Assembly (NCBI GenBank): GCA_001687465.1
Contig: LVLI01000523.1
Span: 1 to 52,746, forward strand
Direction of reading: 5' to 3'
Source of the DNA: Halocafeteria seosinensis
Taxonomy: Eukaryota
Length of the DNA stretch: 52,746 nucleotides
Positions 38,754 to 51,562 of this stretch are shown here, in pieces. The position numbers and the translations under genes were made by a program. The notes under the pieces are model-generated. The model had not been told where the DNA came from and did not search any database. It was given only the letters and a program-made list of their open reading frames with translations. Within the stretch, counting starts at the first letter, position 1. The number at the start of each line of letters is the position of its first letter.

Positions 38754-39844
38754 GTGAAGGCACGCAGGCACGACAATAAAAACCTCGAAGAACTGCGAAA
38801 GGAACTCTTGGTAATCTGCTTTTTCGCTGGTGATAAAGAGGCCCGTGTTGCCTTCGCGCAGAAAAACTTCAAGCACATATTCCTTAGCGATAGAGAGAAC
38901 AAAGCTAGAACAAAGGTAGAATCGTGGATGCAGGCTCACAATAATTATTTCGAAGATATTGGATGGGGTAACTTAGCTCATGATAATATTCAAGCTCGCC
39001 TTGTAGCTTTGATACGGGAAATATGTCACGCTAAACAAGAGTGTAACGTGGGAAGAGAAGGAGGAGAAGTTAGAAAACAAATAAAAGAACTTGGGGACCG
39101 AATGGACCGATTTCAGGATGATTTGGACCGCATGAGAGAAGACATTCGTCATATTAAAGTGGTCGGTGGAGGCGACCCATGGGACATGATTACTCAAAAG
39201 AAAACACCAACGTTTTCTGTCCCATCGTGTCAAACAATTTTATTTCGGGAGGTACGACCCCAAGACGAAGAGCTATAAATTTCGACCGCGGTGTCAGCTA
39301 CTTGGTTCCCGTGAGTCGAAGTGTAGGGTCGCTCATCTCTGCCCCGTTTCTAGAGCAAAGTTCCTGAGACAAGGGGGGGGGGTAAGAATCTGACGTAAAC
39401 AATGCGCGAAATATTCTGTACCTAAAACAGAGGTTGAAGAGATGTTTGATTTGAAGCAGCTAACGTTCATGTGGAACTTCTTGAATGATGAGTTTTTCAC
39501 TGTGGTGATGAACGAGGGTATCCGAAACCGAAAACCATATCTCCATTTGAGAAAACTCCACTTTAGGAAACGTGGTAAAAGACCTTGGAAAAGGATATTA
39601 GTCAATCATGCTCAGGCTGCGTTTTCAGCAAATCCCGATCATGTGTTTAAGAGAGAAGACGTATAACCTTTGGTTACTTCATCCGTCGTCGTACCCGGGC
39701 TGGAGGTTCAATAAATTTGATTCTGTGGCAACGTTTACTGCTGGCAAACAACTGAACAACTCTGATGAATGGGCGGAACCAGCGCGCAGCGGTGAACACG
39801 ACGTTGAAGATAGGGATACGGGAACCATAGAAGGGGAGATGTAG
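38754..39844 (+). pseudogene. Disrupted HNH-endonuclease (HNH_2 / CRN-effector-like) gene
   Basis: Across frameshifts it reads coiled coil, PWDMI, RCQLLG..VAHLCP..DVNNARNILYL/TEVEEMFDLKQLTF..RPWKRILVNHA. Breaks occur at about 39190-39222, at the G10 run plus TAA 39373-39385, and at the A4 run 39424-39427. Confidence 0.6.
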
Positions 39845-40158
39845 TATGTTGGCACCGGAAACGAGAAGCGTTCCTTAGGGTGATTCTGGGGATGGTATCG
39901 TCCATTCAAGGAATTATCGCGACGAGACCGAATCAACTGGTACGCGAAGTACATGTACTCTGAAGCAGGTACACTACAATGTACACTTGTAGACTGTACT
40001 GCACTACAATACCAGCTGACAGTAAATTATCCATCAAGTGTCTTCAAAGTCGATAGATTCATATTGTCCGTGGTTCAGCAAAAACGGGACCATTATTCGT
40101 GACTGTTCTTCTAAAATAGTAACAACGATAGTTAGGTGCACAACTTGACTAATTGGTT

Positions 40159-40234
40159 CGGGCGCATACCGCTCCTCGTTAAGAAGATGCGGTCAATTCC
40201 CCGGCCGGTGGGCTCCGTCACATTTGTGTGTGTG
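40159..40234 (+). repeat. Dispersed structured repeat, 5'-truncated copy (paired with 52667-52744)
   Basis: About 76 nt at roughly 90% identity to 52667-52744; ends in (TG)n. Confidence 0.85.
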
Positions 40235-40533
40235 GGTCAGACCCCCTGTGAAACTTCGAGAGTTGACTCTATCCGCCTTGGAAACAATTGACTATGCCCC
40301 ACGCAAGGAGAAATATAGCAAATACTTGCCTGCTACCAAATTAAGCCTTCAATCGCTTATCCACCACGTTAGCGAATAACGTCCACAGGATTGAGTTCTT
40401 CACGCATGCCGGGATCGACACCTTCACAAAGTCATCCCGTGAGTTTGACGATTGCTGGATTGTCCTATAGTTGTTGGAATGTTAGACATAGTACACGTAG
40501 AGTCACCCCGAGTATAGAGAATCACACTGCACG

Positions 40534-41300
40534 ATGGCGAATCAGGCAGCGAAGAAAGGGGCACAAAGGGCCAGTCGGGCTTTGACGATCTGGATCTCGG
40601 TCGTGATTGCGGTTTATGTAAGTGATCTCCTTCATAAGGACGAGTGTACATACGATAAGTCCATCCTTTGCCGTATTGGCTGCAAGTTAATTGCTCGTCC
40701 TTTTGTGTGTGTTTTTGCGTGGTTGCAGGCCACATACCTTCCAGTGGCTTTCTATGTAGACGACCCTACATCATGGAGCTGGTTATACTTCGCATGGCAG
40801 GCTGCGTTAGGAGTTACATATTACGTGGCCATTACTGGCATTGCTTCTTCGGCTGAACAGGGGAATGAAGGAGCGTACGTTGGCGAAAGAGATACAGTGA
40901 AGACCGAAAACCGCGGCCACGCGTTGTGCTATGCAGATTGTACCACGACTTGATATACCTTATCATTGCGTCTCAACTGGGGTCTTTGTATTCCTACCGA
41001 GCTTGGTGGATAATGATTTCGGTATGTTAAACATGGGTCCGAATTGCTGCTTTCGTACAGAACCATCTTCGTTTCCTCAGATCCCTCTATATGGTCTCTA
41101 TAAGGGGTATTCCTTTTACAGGAGTTTCCAAGGACAGAGCGCTAGTGACAGCAAAGAAGTAATACTGGAGTGTTTTCTCGATTTATTGATGGTATATATG
41201 CTGTTACTATGAATATGTTGTCCCTCTACAGCAGGAAGAAGATAGTGCCAAGAATGAAGAGAGAAGGAAGCTGAGACAACGAAGGCGGCAGCAAAAGTAA
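40534..41300 (+). CDS. TMEM208: TMEM208 / SND2 (DUF788) ER-targeting membrane protein
   Basis: MANQAAKK start, TM segments, LYHDLIYL..WWIMISIPLYGLYK, and a basic C-terminus RRKLRQRRRQQK; four GT-AG introns. Confidence 0.85.
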
Positions 41301-41867
41301 GTACAAGGTTTCATAGCTGGGAGAAAGCGCCTCTTGTTTATCGTGATGTTCTCCTAAGACATAACTAATTCAGAAAAGTTCGTGGATAAGTGGCACTGAG
41401 TGTCACACGTTGCTTGCGCCCAATGCTTCAAAGTTGTCGAAGTCGACGGCTGGGGAATTCGCGTTAGGCCCGCACGGTAGGATCATATTGTACTCCGTTC
41501 GCCAGAAGTCTTTCTAAATGTCTATGAATTCCTATCGTTTAATTCTCGCATAACAGTTTTAGAATTTGAAGCCATATCCCTATGCAGCTAAGCTCTTGTG
41601 CACGTAAACATCTAACTCAATCACTGGATCATCAATCAAACAACTTTCATTTTGCTTTGTTAAAGCTATCATTCGTTCTTTGAATTTCTACCACTTACGT
41701 CCCCCGGAAATCTCAAGAAGCCAATCCAGCTTAGCTACTCCATGAGTCAAATTCAAACTCAGTCTGCCTCAGTCAGTGACCATATATTGTCCGGATTGTT
41801 AATTAATCTGCATCGTTGTTATTTAGATACGGATAACAAATTTAATTGGAACGTTCTTGTCTTGGTC

Positions 41868-43684
41868 ATGGCGCAGTTTTTGGATTCCTCCCAGTATCAA
41901 ACGTGGTTCATCAAGGACCCCAAGGCGCTCCGTACGTGAAGCTTTGTTGCCATGCCAAATAATAGACGCTTTCCCAACACCGGTAAACAATTGATGAATT
42001 AATTGTATTCGCCTCTGCGGTTCAACAGGTACTCTTCGGGAGGAAAGATATGAATACAGCGTGCATAGAATCAAAGAGGTGAGTGCCTTCCAAACCTCCC
42101 TAAGGGCCCAGGTCTTAGTAGTTTATGTTGTCTGCAGAAGTACCAAGCATATGCCGAGGGCGGACAGCAATCCAGCGCGACGAATGTGGATGCGGATGCT
42201 TCCTCTATGGGGGATAATGGCAAAGGTGAGACCATGAACGTGCACCGTGCTATAGTGGCTGACTAATTTCAAAGTCGGACGTCTATTGGAGCACCCAGGG
42301 TCTTCCGCCTCCAGCAATGCCACCAGCCATAAACGACCAGGACATAATACCGACGCAGGTAAGCATGCATTACGGATATGCGAGTGGACCTGTCGTTTAT
42401 CTGTATAGACGACTTGCCCTCACAGAGAGGCCGACAAAGCGACAATGCTTGGATATAGATTTGGACTTCCCGACGGTACGTTTTGTTTCGACGATCAAAA
42501 AACACAATCTTTGGTGTATATTGCGTCTCACAACTGCAGCTTGACGAAGAGTTGCGAATGTTAAGAGCGTATGAACAAAAGATCATGCGGCTCTGTTCGA
42601 CGTTGAAATTTAACCCAGCAATCACAGCAACTGCAATTACGTTCTTCAAGAGATTCTATTTAACGCGTTCGCCATTGATCATTACGCCTGATAGCATAAT
42701 GTAAGCACAATCATTTCTAATAAAAGGGTGCCGTAGAAGCTTCTGATGTGGTCGCAGGTACACTGTAGTTGTTTTGGCCATCAAAGTCGAAGCATGCCCA
42801 TATACCGAGGTGTCTTCGTTCATAAGAGCATTGGCAGAATTCGTCGGATGTGAACAATCTGAGATAGTCCAAAACGAGATGATTGTACTTGCGGGAATAA
42901 ACTTTGATCTTACAGTCCATCATCCGTTCCGTTCTCTGAGAGGACTCCTCCGACTGCTGCAGATGCAGAGCAATGTAACAGCTGAGGATATTGAACTTCC
43001 ACCGTGGAAAGACGATCCGTGGGGTTATCTAGAGAGCAGAGCGAAGCTCTTCATTTACCACTCGCTTGTAAGTGTTTATGTAAGCGAACTCGGTGGGTGC
43101 TCCTAATGGTAGAGTCACTTCCCTTGCTACAGACTACGGATGCACCGCTACTCTATACACCGGGGCAGTTGGCGTTAGCCTCGTTGCAACTGGCCGTTCA
43201 CCGTGATTGTAAAGAACTCCCATCGGAAACGCTAAAGCAACCAGTACCTTCATGTCTTATCTCCAAAGTAGATGCAATCCTAGATCAACTAGAGGATACA
43301 GCGTTACTGAGGTACGCGGAAGCAGATTCATTCGGAAACTGTTCCGCAGATGCCGATGCAGCATCATTTAAGCAAATGGCCGATTTCAGTGAAGAGCGAA
43401 AAAAAGAACTGAGAAACAAACTTGCTCCTTTGCGCGCCAGCATATTCGAAGCAGCAAACGAACCTGATCTTAGTCAAGAGGTTACACATATCTGCAAGAA
43501 GGCGGCAAAAGTCGTGGATCCCTCAATGGTCTCCGGCACTCAAGCAAACTCCGCCCGGCAGAAGGCCAAGGCCAAAGTGAAGCAACAGCGAGAGCAAGAA
43601 AAACGTGCCAAAAAAGAACAAGCTGTCGCGGCAGAGCAGGAGAATCTTGCAAACTCAGGGTTCTGCCGGGTCCTATTCTCCTAG
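41868..43684 (+). CDS. CCNH: Cyclin H
   Basis: MAQFLDSSQYQTWF N-terminus, ATAITFFKRFYL, LAIKVE, FDLTVHHPFRSLRG, TDAPLLYTPGQLALA; about seven short introns starting with 41932-42028. Confidence 0.9.
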
Positions 43685-43694
43685 TCGTGTCCTA

Positions 43695-45418
43695 TCAGAT
43701 GCCACTACTTTCATCAGTTTTGGATTTCAAATTGACCCGGATTTCACGCCTATGGGTTGTGCCGCCTCGTCGACGGGAGTCGTTCAGATTCGTCGTCGAT
43801 CTTTCCGTGTTATTTGTGGTTCGTTCAGTTTCACCTCCATCAGTAGACAGTAAGCCCGGTTTAGACGCTTTATGATTCTGACTTCCACTGTTTTCTTGGG
43901 ACGATGATTGCCTCGACGACGGGCGAGCCTTTTCTTGTGGCTGTTCCTTTAACTTCAAACCTGTGCTCGCTGGTTGCTTCTGAACAGACCTTTGCTGGCT
44001 GTGTCTACTGTCCGACCGATGTTCGGAAGGTTTATATTCTTTTACTACCCTCTCAAAATCTATTATGTAAGACCCTACGACCTCAAGCTGTTGCAGAGCA
44101 CGAAGAATATCATTTTCAACTGTATTCGCCTCTTGACCTCTTCCATCGCCTTTAGTCTTAGGCTTTTGACTGAGAAATTGCTTGTTTTCATTTGACTTTT
44201 TATGTGCTTCTTCTTCATTTTCTTGAAGCTCGGCCTCTTGAGCTAGTTCTTCAATCTCCCGCGGCTGATGCCGAATACGGGGTCCATGTTGTGACTTCGC
44301 ACATCGGTTATACAAGTGCGACACCGACTGCAAAGCCTGTCCCATCTCAAGCAGCTTAAAGCTCTGTTGCTCTTTTGATGCATCCTGCCTCGCTAACTCC
44401 TCATTCGCAGTTTGTTTCTTTCGATCAAAATCTGTTCGCAAAGTTTCGTAGTTGTTCGTACTCGCAAGAGCCTGGCTCTCAAATGTACTTTGTAAGGCGT
44501 TCAAGGCCTTTCGTCTTTCTTCAGTTTCCTCTTTGAGCGTCTGTTGCTCACTTTGTAGTTTGTTATTCGCCTCTTTCAAGGTGAAGTACCTTTGCACGAT
44601 AGAACCCACGTCCGCGAATTCATCTGAGCGATGGTTGAGTACCGATTTCATGAAGTTGCTATATCTTCGTACTGCTCAAGCACAACCCTCGAGAGATAAT
44701 TGGTAAGACTATGCAGGCTAAAAACCACGATGCACTTACATTCTTCAATCCGTTTTTCATAGTGATTTGCTTGCTCGCGTTCTTGATCAAGTTCGTCCTC
44801 CAGGCTCTCCTCTTTCTCGAGAAGCTCCTGGCGAGCCTTACGTTCTTGAGCTTCTCGGTTTTCGGCTCGTAGACGTTTGGCTTCATTGTGCTGTAACGAG
44901 AACTCATACATTCAGCGTGTGAGATAGCAAAATCTACCCACCCTACGAAACACTTACAGTGACTGTCTTGTTGAAGTGTATGAGAGTGGACTGCAAATCT
45001 AAGTCCTTCTTTCGCAGAGCCTCCTCGCGGCGACGAAATGCTTCCTGGGGTGAATAAGTAAGTCACCGTTACTCTTACGAAACTAAGCGCCTTGTACTGA
45101 CGAAGTCATTCTTACCTCGCGTCTGGCAAACTCCTCTTTTTGCGCGTCCAGAGCCTCTTGGACCTGCAAGAGGGGGATAACCGTGTCGCATCACAGTGGA
45201 ATCCAGACCAAATGTGGATCCCAACCTACCTCATACATTTGCCGACGCTTCTCGAGCAATCGCGTCGCTGGCGTGACATCGTCCAACACCAGAGACTGCA
45301 GTTGGAAATTGGTCTTATCATCCTGACCCTGGGCTGCATTCCCAGTAGCAGCAGCACTTCCTCCCGTGGCTGCCGCAGCTCCTCCGGTCTCCTCTTCCTT
45401 CTTTCCTGTTGCGCTCAT
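43695..45418 (-). CDS. CFAP73/CCDC42 family flagellar coiled-coil protein (DUF4200)
   Basis: TPATRLLEKRRQMYE|VQEALDAQKEEF..DLDLQ..NEAKRLRA..LSHLYNRC-like motifs; spliced. Confidence 0.85.
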
Positions 45419-45756
45419 TTTCGCTCCCAATACTTGCGGCAACTGATATTATCTGCCCCCACACTACACTACATTCCAACAACTGAAGTTTCAATAAGAC
45501 CCAGTTGTATCGATCGGTCGCGTACATTTGGCGCGTCCCAACGTTAACCCGGCAAACTTTTGTGCGACTTGCGACGAAACCGAAGCGAACCGAGGCGCTT
45601 TCTCGTTAGAGTTGACACCATAGCGCCGACGTTTGGTCATTGTGTGGATCACGATGATGGTATACGAGTTGGTGCACTGAGAGTACAACAGAGCCTGCTA
45701 TCAGTGCAAGAAGTGGCTGTCAAAACTCGACCAACGTCGCACAGAGGGACGCCGCT

Positions 45757-47817
45757 ATGGGCGATATAAGCAAGTTCAAGCAGTACGATGTCGATCGTTC
45801 CGGTACCATCGGCATTAGGGAATTTTTCACTGGTACGTGTTGTGTGACGTTTCTTGGGAGTGTCGCTCGTTGGACGCTTTGCATCCATCTGTACACAGCT
45901 CTCGAGCATTCCAACATCCGAATCCCCAAGCCACAAAAGGATCAACTCATACGACACTTTGATACCTATGGCGACGGAACAGTAGATTACCGAGCTTATG
46001 TCGATCATGTGAATGAACTGACGCAGTCGCATACGCCCTCAGCGCAACACAAATCGAGGAGCGCGGACGCCTCCTCCCAGAGACAGAGTGAAACCTCGAA
46101 CCGGATGCTACCGGGTCCAACGACAACGGAGACAGGCTACATGGAAGCGGCTAATGCGTGGGACAGGTCCACCTCTGACGACTCTGTGGTGGAAAAATGC
46201 CGCCGAAAAATCCTGAACAAGGCTAAGGAAATACCCCGTTTTGTCACGGCTTGCGACAAGATGGATGGAGATTCGGATCGATGCCTATCCCATGACGAAT
46301 TTGGAAGAGTGCTATCCAGAATGGGCATAAGCTTGGGGAGAACTACGTTTGAGAAGATGGCAGCTGCTTTGGATACTGAAAATGCTGGAGTCATCCCTAT
46401 CGAGAGGGTAGAACGTTTTCTGTATACTTCATCCACAGGATCAGAGAAACATGCCAATCTCGATAAACGGAGTGTGGAACATGCGTATTCAAATTTGGTT
46501 GACAGCTCAGGGATAAGGAAATCAGGTTCTGTAGATCCTGTGTATCGTCATTTGAACAGCCTAGATAAAGGTCAAACAGGAAAACTTCCGCTAATGACGC
46601 TAACGTACGCTCTCCAGCAGGTATGTAGGATAGCTTGTTGAAGTAATGCTGAGTTGGTGTTCAATCCGCCGCTATCGGTGCAGCATGGATTTTCGCCCAA
46701 TTCACGCTATATGGATATTGCTTTGCGCCATCTAAGGGTGGAGACCAAAGATCCAAACGCATTGGTCCCGTACAAATCGTTGTTGCACAGTGTTCAGCGG
46801 AAACTCCATCATGGGTCAGTTGGGGCCGAGGAATATGGAGAAGGATCGGACGGCATGGATTCAGGGAGTCCTTACTTCAGAAAAGAAGGAGTGCACGATT
46901 CTAAAATATGGCAATCCCTACGGTCCTCGAGAGATAAAATTCTTTCCAATTTAAGACGCTATCCTGGGAAAAAACTTTCCTATAAAGAGATGGACCGCTG
47001 TTTAGTTGAGTCTGGAGTTCACTTGAGCGACGAAGACGTTTCCAGGGTGATTGCAAGGCTGGATGATAATGATGATGGAAAGATAGGGTTTGAGTCCGTA
47101 GTTCGAAATCTGTGTCCCGGTCAGAATATAGATAACTCGTGGAGGAATGGTATCATCACGAATGGTTTTCGGGATGAAGTTACCGGTGAACAACCTTGGT
47201 GGATCGACAAGGAGTCGTTTTCGGACAGCTCATTTTCCACAGGCAAGCATCGTCCGAGGCAATCACAGTCTGTTACTCCCACTCACCTTCCCCATATGTA
47301 TCAGGAGGATCATAAGGAGCGGCATGCAAACTTACGGCAGCAGAAAAAGCAAGAGACTCACAATAAATTGTTTGGCTCACGTGGTGTCGAGGATGCTCTT
47401 TCTGAGCACAGTGGCCAGGACTCTCTCGGACAACTGTATAAACAAAGAAAAGGTGGAGCAAAGATGCTAAAATCACATTTTGCTGGGGGCAGTATGACGT
47501 TTCCGCATGAAGACACTGAGCGACCGGAATCTGCCACAGTCCCATGTTGGGCATCATCCAATAGAGAAACACAGACTTCCAAGGGAACTTATTCTTTTGC
47601 GCAACCCTACTTGACAGCAGGAACTGGTGTTGATGAGAAGCGCCAACTGATGCTGGATTTATATCGGCAGCGTGAAAATGGGAGGCACGACCATACCGAC
47701 TCGCAGCATGCCGGAAACGGTCCTTCTGGAGGTGGTGCATCTGCTCGTCCTCCAGTTCATCCCGAGAAGGGCAGAAGAGAATACAAAGTCTTGCGTTTCG
47801 CACATGCTCCTCGTTGA
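45757..47817 (+). CDS. Multi-EF-hand calcium-binding protein
   Basis: EF loops DVDRSGTIGIREF, DTYGDGTVDY, DGDSDRCLSHDEF, DTENAGVI, DKGQTGKL and DDNDDGKIGF; introns about 45832-45897 and 46621-46684. Confidence 0.8.
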
Positions 47818-48178
47818 ATAAATGTACACTGGCTGAGTACTACATTAGACGCCTATATTTGTGGAGTCCACCATATTGGTATATGAAAGCCTAAAGAAAA
47901 GGAAACGCGAAATAGAAGCAGTTTTATCCGATGAAAACGACTAGCATGTGGAAAATGAAAGGTTTAGCACGTGGCGCAGTTGTAACCCGTGCGCACGTTG
48001 TGGTATCCGCAGACTACCCCGTGGTGGCGAAGTGGCCGTCTGTGAAGTTCCAAGAGTCTCTCTCCGGCATGACACCCATAATGAGATATCAGTTCAGGCT
48101 AATATCACTTCAAAAAGGAAGATTCATTCATGCAAAATCTCTTTCGCTTATTGTTGTGAAGTTGGCTGCGCGGGGGCC

Positions 48179-48186
48179 AAAAAAAA
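48179..48186 (-). terminator. Pol III oligo-T terminator of tRNA-Gly
   Basis: T8 directly 3' of the tRNA on the minus strand. Confidence 0.8.
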
Positions 48187-48257
48187 TGCGCTCTCCGGGA
48201 ATTGAACCCGGGCTTCGTCGATGGCAACGACGAATTCTACCACTGAACTAAGAGCGC
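48187..48257 (-). tRNA. tRNA-Gly (GCC)
   Basis: GCGCTCT/AGAGCGC acceptor stem, anticodon loop TTGCCAT, GGTTCAATTCC B-box; 71 nt. Confidence 0.95.
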
Positions 48258-48579
48258 TGGTTCTTCGAAAGAACTGATAGATGGTGACAAAACCAAATAC
48301 CTATATTATACCTGCCTCTCAACAATTTGGCTGGTAAACAAGGCTTCTTAGCAGGTTGTTGGACTGGCCAATTTGGACAAGTGCAACTAAACTGAGTTAT
48401 TGTTTCATTGAATAACTGCAAGAGTTGGCTCTCCACCATCATGGCCTAGTTACCAACCAACGAGTGGCTCTTGTTCACTTCACATCACGCAGTGACACTA
48501 AAGCCCTACACAAGGTGGTAAAAGCATTCTTGACAAATTCCAGGTGCTCAATTTTATTTCATTGTCGGATTGTAGGACC

Positions 48580-51116
48580 ATGTCGTCTTCTACGAGACAA
48601 CGTATTCGGGAGACAGAGGAAGAGGAGGATGTTCACGCGACGAACTCTAGTTCATCGGCAGTGTCTACAGAGCAGACTTCGTCATCTGAGAAGAGGGACC
48701 AAACACAGAAGCAAGATAGTCATACAGAAGATGAAGATGAGGATGAACTTGTGGCTTCGTATGACGTGTATATTTCCCAGGAACTGTCAGATAGACTGTA
48801 TCTGCTTCAGCACCGGTGGAGAAAGACGGGTACTTCAGGGCATTTTCCTGTTCAAGAAGCCAGATTCCGTCCAAATAATGCGGTTTTGGAATTGGAGCAT
48901 GGATTGGATACTAATTCCCCTCATTATGATCCTGAAAGTCACGATAGGAAAAGAGTTCAGACAATTAGAACTGTGTCGCAGGCTGTCCCGAGCCAAGCAT
49001 GTTACCTCGTTGGTGTGAAACGCGACGGTAAGACTTGCTCACCACGAACTATCTGGTGTTTATCTGCCGAAGACTCTTCTATCATGGATGCACAGACGGA
49101 ATTCATTTGACTCCACTTCACGGAATGTTTGATATGAAAGCTGACTTTTCTCACATGGCAAACGCGGAGCTCCCTGAGTGGAAGAAGTCAAAAGGAGCTA
49201 CTACAGGTAGGAATAAACTGTCGCTCGCTGTTATTGTTTTACTAATCATTCATAATTACGTCTACTCCACAGAGGAAGAAAACTTGGAACAAGAGCCTCA
49301 GCGACTGACAGTGAGTGACCAGGATATTTCCCTTTTCTCTGGGCTGACAATGTGACTTTCTTGGTAACTTACAGACAAAGATAAAGCGCCAAGAAACAGA
49401 ACGAGCTATGACTGCCCGAAAACGAAGCTACCGATATACACAGCAACTAGTGGAGCAGGAACCTCCAATAGACTTGGATGTTTATAATCGTTACTCCGCG
49501 GAATGTAAAGAAGCCCAGGAAGAACTATATGTAACGGGTGAAAAAGCAGCACAAGATTGCTACCCGGACCATACCGCCGGCTCTTACCTAAGAGTTTGGA
49601 AGCCACCAAGGTACGATGATTCCCCGGAAGTAGACACCATTACCGAACTCAACCGTGTGCTCCTACTTGTAACAGGAAAATTCATCAGCCGCAAGAGCAA
49701 GAGGCAAAGAGGAAAGATGATCTCGATCTCTCCACTCTCAGGGGTCAAGTGGAACGTATTATGCGAAAAGGTATGACATTGTAGGGGAAACCTGTCTTCG
49801 TACCACTTGGTTTATGGGGATTCTTAACTGGTCCAGGTGTCTGCTTACCATTTGAAAAAATCAAGGAATTCGTAACTAACTATGAAGATGAAGGTGAAAT
49901 CGTTGTAGAATTGCACAAAATAGCAACGCTTGTAAGAGGTAATTGGTGTCTCAAGAGCTCTCAATGGGTAAAACATGTCTCGCCAACGTTTAGTGCGAAA
50001 GCTGAGGGGTTTCCTGCCCCATGCAACGCGTCAACTGCTGTTGCGGTTCGAGATTTTGTTATTTGCCAGTTTAGAAAATTTCGAGCAATTTCTCGTCCAT
50101 GGATTGCACGTGTTACCAGCATCGATCGATCGTTGCTGAAAGAAATTCTCGATGGCATAGCAAGATTGAATCCTCCTTTGAGACAATGGGAGCTCCGGCA
50201 TCCGGATGACGCGGAATTTTTGCAAAGATACTCCGGTGTAGCCGCCGCCATGGATACAGCATGGGAGAAGCGTGAGAGAGAGCTGCGTCAAACCTTCTCA
50301 AGCGAAGGAGGTACTAGAGAGGACTGGACAAGAGAGCACTATGCTGCTCCCCCTGAGGTCGAAGCTCTTCGTGCTCAACGCGATAGAATATACGAACAAC
50401 TACGGCAGAGCTTCGAAAATGCCCCCCAAGAAGATGATGAAGATTGGTCCGAGGATGAGCAGGAGGGCTTTCATCAGTTGCCCCGACGAGCAAGTAAGAC
50501 AATGGTTCTCAACAGTGACGATATAAACGCTGCCAAGGAGATCCTCAGGAAAGAGTTCTTAAATCATGGTGTATGCAATATTAGATACCTGGCGAAATGT
50601 TTGCGCAAATCCGTTGCATCAGCTACGAACACAAGTGGCCTACTATCAGCAGTGAGGTTCCTTGAGGATAGTACCCTTTTTCTTGTTGTTCAAAAGATTC
50701 TGCTGGGTCAAAATGAACCCATTACGAAGAGTGAGAACTCAGATTTACGTCTCGAAGAGACCGATGATTCTTCCCCATTAGCGGTATGCGTCCGTGAAGG
50801 GCCACCCCCAGATGATGAGCATGAATTGGAGGAGAAATCGAGCGCTCGCCGCTCCTCTGTTGGTTCTGTGGGGGATGATGCTTACGTCTTGTGGGAAAGA
50901 AGCAATGAAACTTTAGACCCGTTTAGAAAAGTTGTCATCGACCTATTCCGAGCTGGCAATTCGATGTTAAAGCGTGCAGATGTGACAAAAGCAGTCAAAG
51001 ACGCGCTAAATGAGGATATTCCCCCCAATGTGTACAATAAAGTGATGAGAGAGCTTGCGTTGAGCAAACGTGCGCATTGCTGGGTGTTGAAATCGGGAGA
51101 TCCGTCGGCAGAGTAG
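48580..51116 (+). CDS. POLR3E: RNA polymerase III subunit RPC5 (Rpc37/Sin-like)
   Basis: DELVASYDVYIS..LYLLQ..ARFRP..LELE..LDTNSPHYD, YLVGV, GIHLTPLHG..MKADFSH, IATLVRGNWCLKS, RDFVICQF; about five introns. Confidence 0.88.
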
Positions 51117-51562
51117 GAATCAATGATTTATTTAGAGAACAAAGGCAAAATAGCACTGTATTTGCTCTATTCTTTCATTGAAGACTGTTTGTACAGGAAT
51201 AAGTAGGATTCCGCGTGGTTCACAAGACTTGGTAATACAAGTTGGTATTCCCGTGGTTCCTTCCTGGAAAGTTTGAGACCTACTTCCATGTAAATAGTTA
51301 AACAATCTATAGGGATACTTGCTACATCCTCGTTCTTTTCGTCCTTTCTTCTTGCAGCATTATAATAGGAGCCTCGTGTACCGGATATTGTATCTCTTGA
51401 TTATCGAAAAAGAAAAGGAATCCGGCCATTCTACCACTACATATTTCAATTCCTTTCTCGAATAATTTCCCTTGGAAAGGCAAAGGAAATACAATTCGAT
51501 TTGATTAACTTAAAGTGAAGTTACCCTCTAAGCCACCATATAGGGCCTGAGAGATAAGTGCA

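Noticed and set aside
41823..42074. Minus-strand ORF with FTGVGKAS, resembling a P-loop remnant
   Set aside because: It is the antisense shadow of cyclin H exons 1-2 and intron 1.
47966..48045. Local hairpins and CACGTTGTGGTAT matching part of the hairpin ribozyme; possible tRNA-Gly-snoRNA dicistron
   Set aside because: Loop A/B consensus is missing, the tRNA has an immediate T8 terminator, and no C/D boxes are evident.
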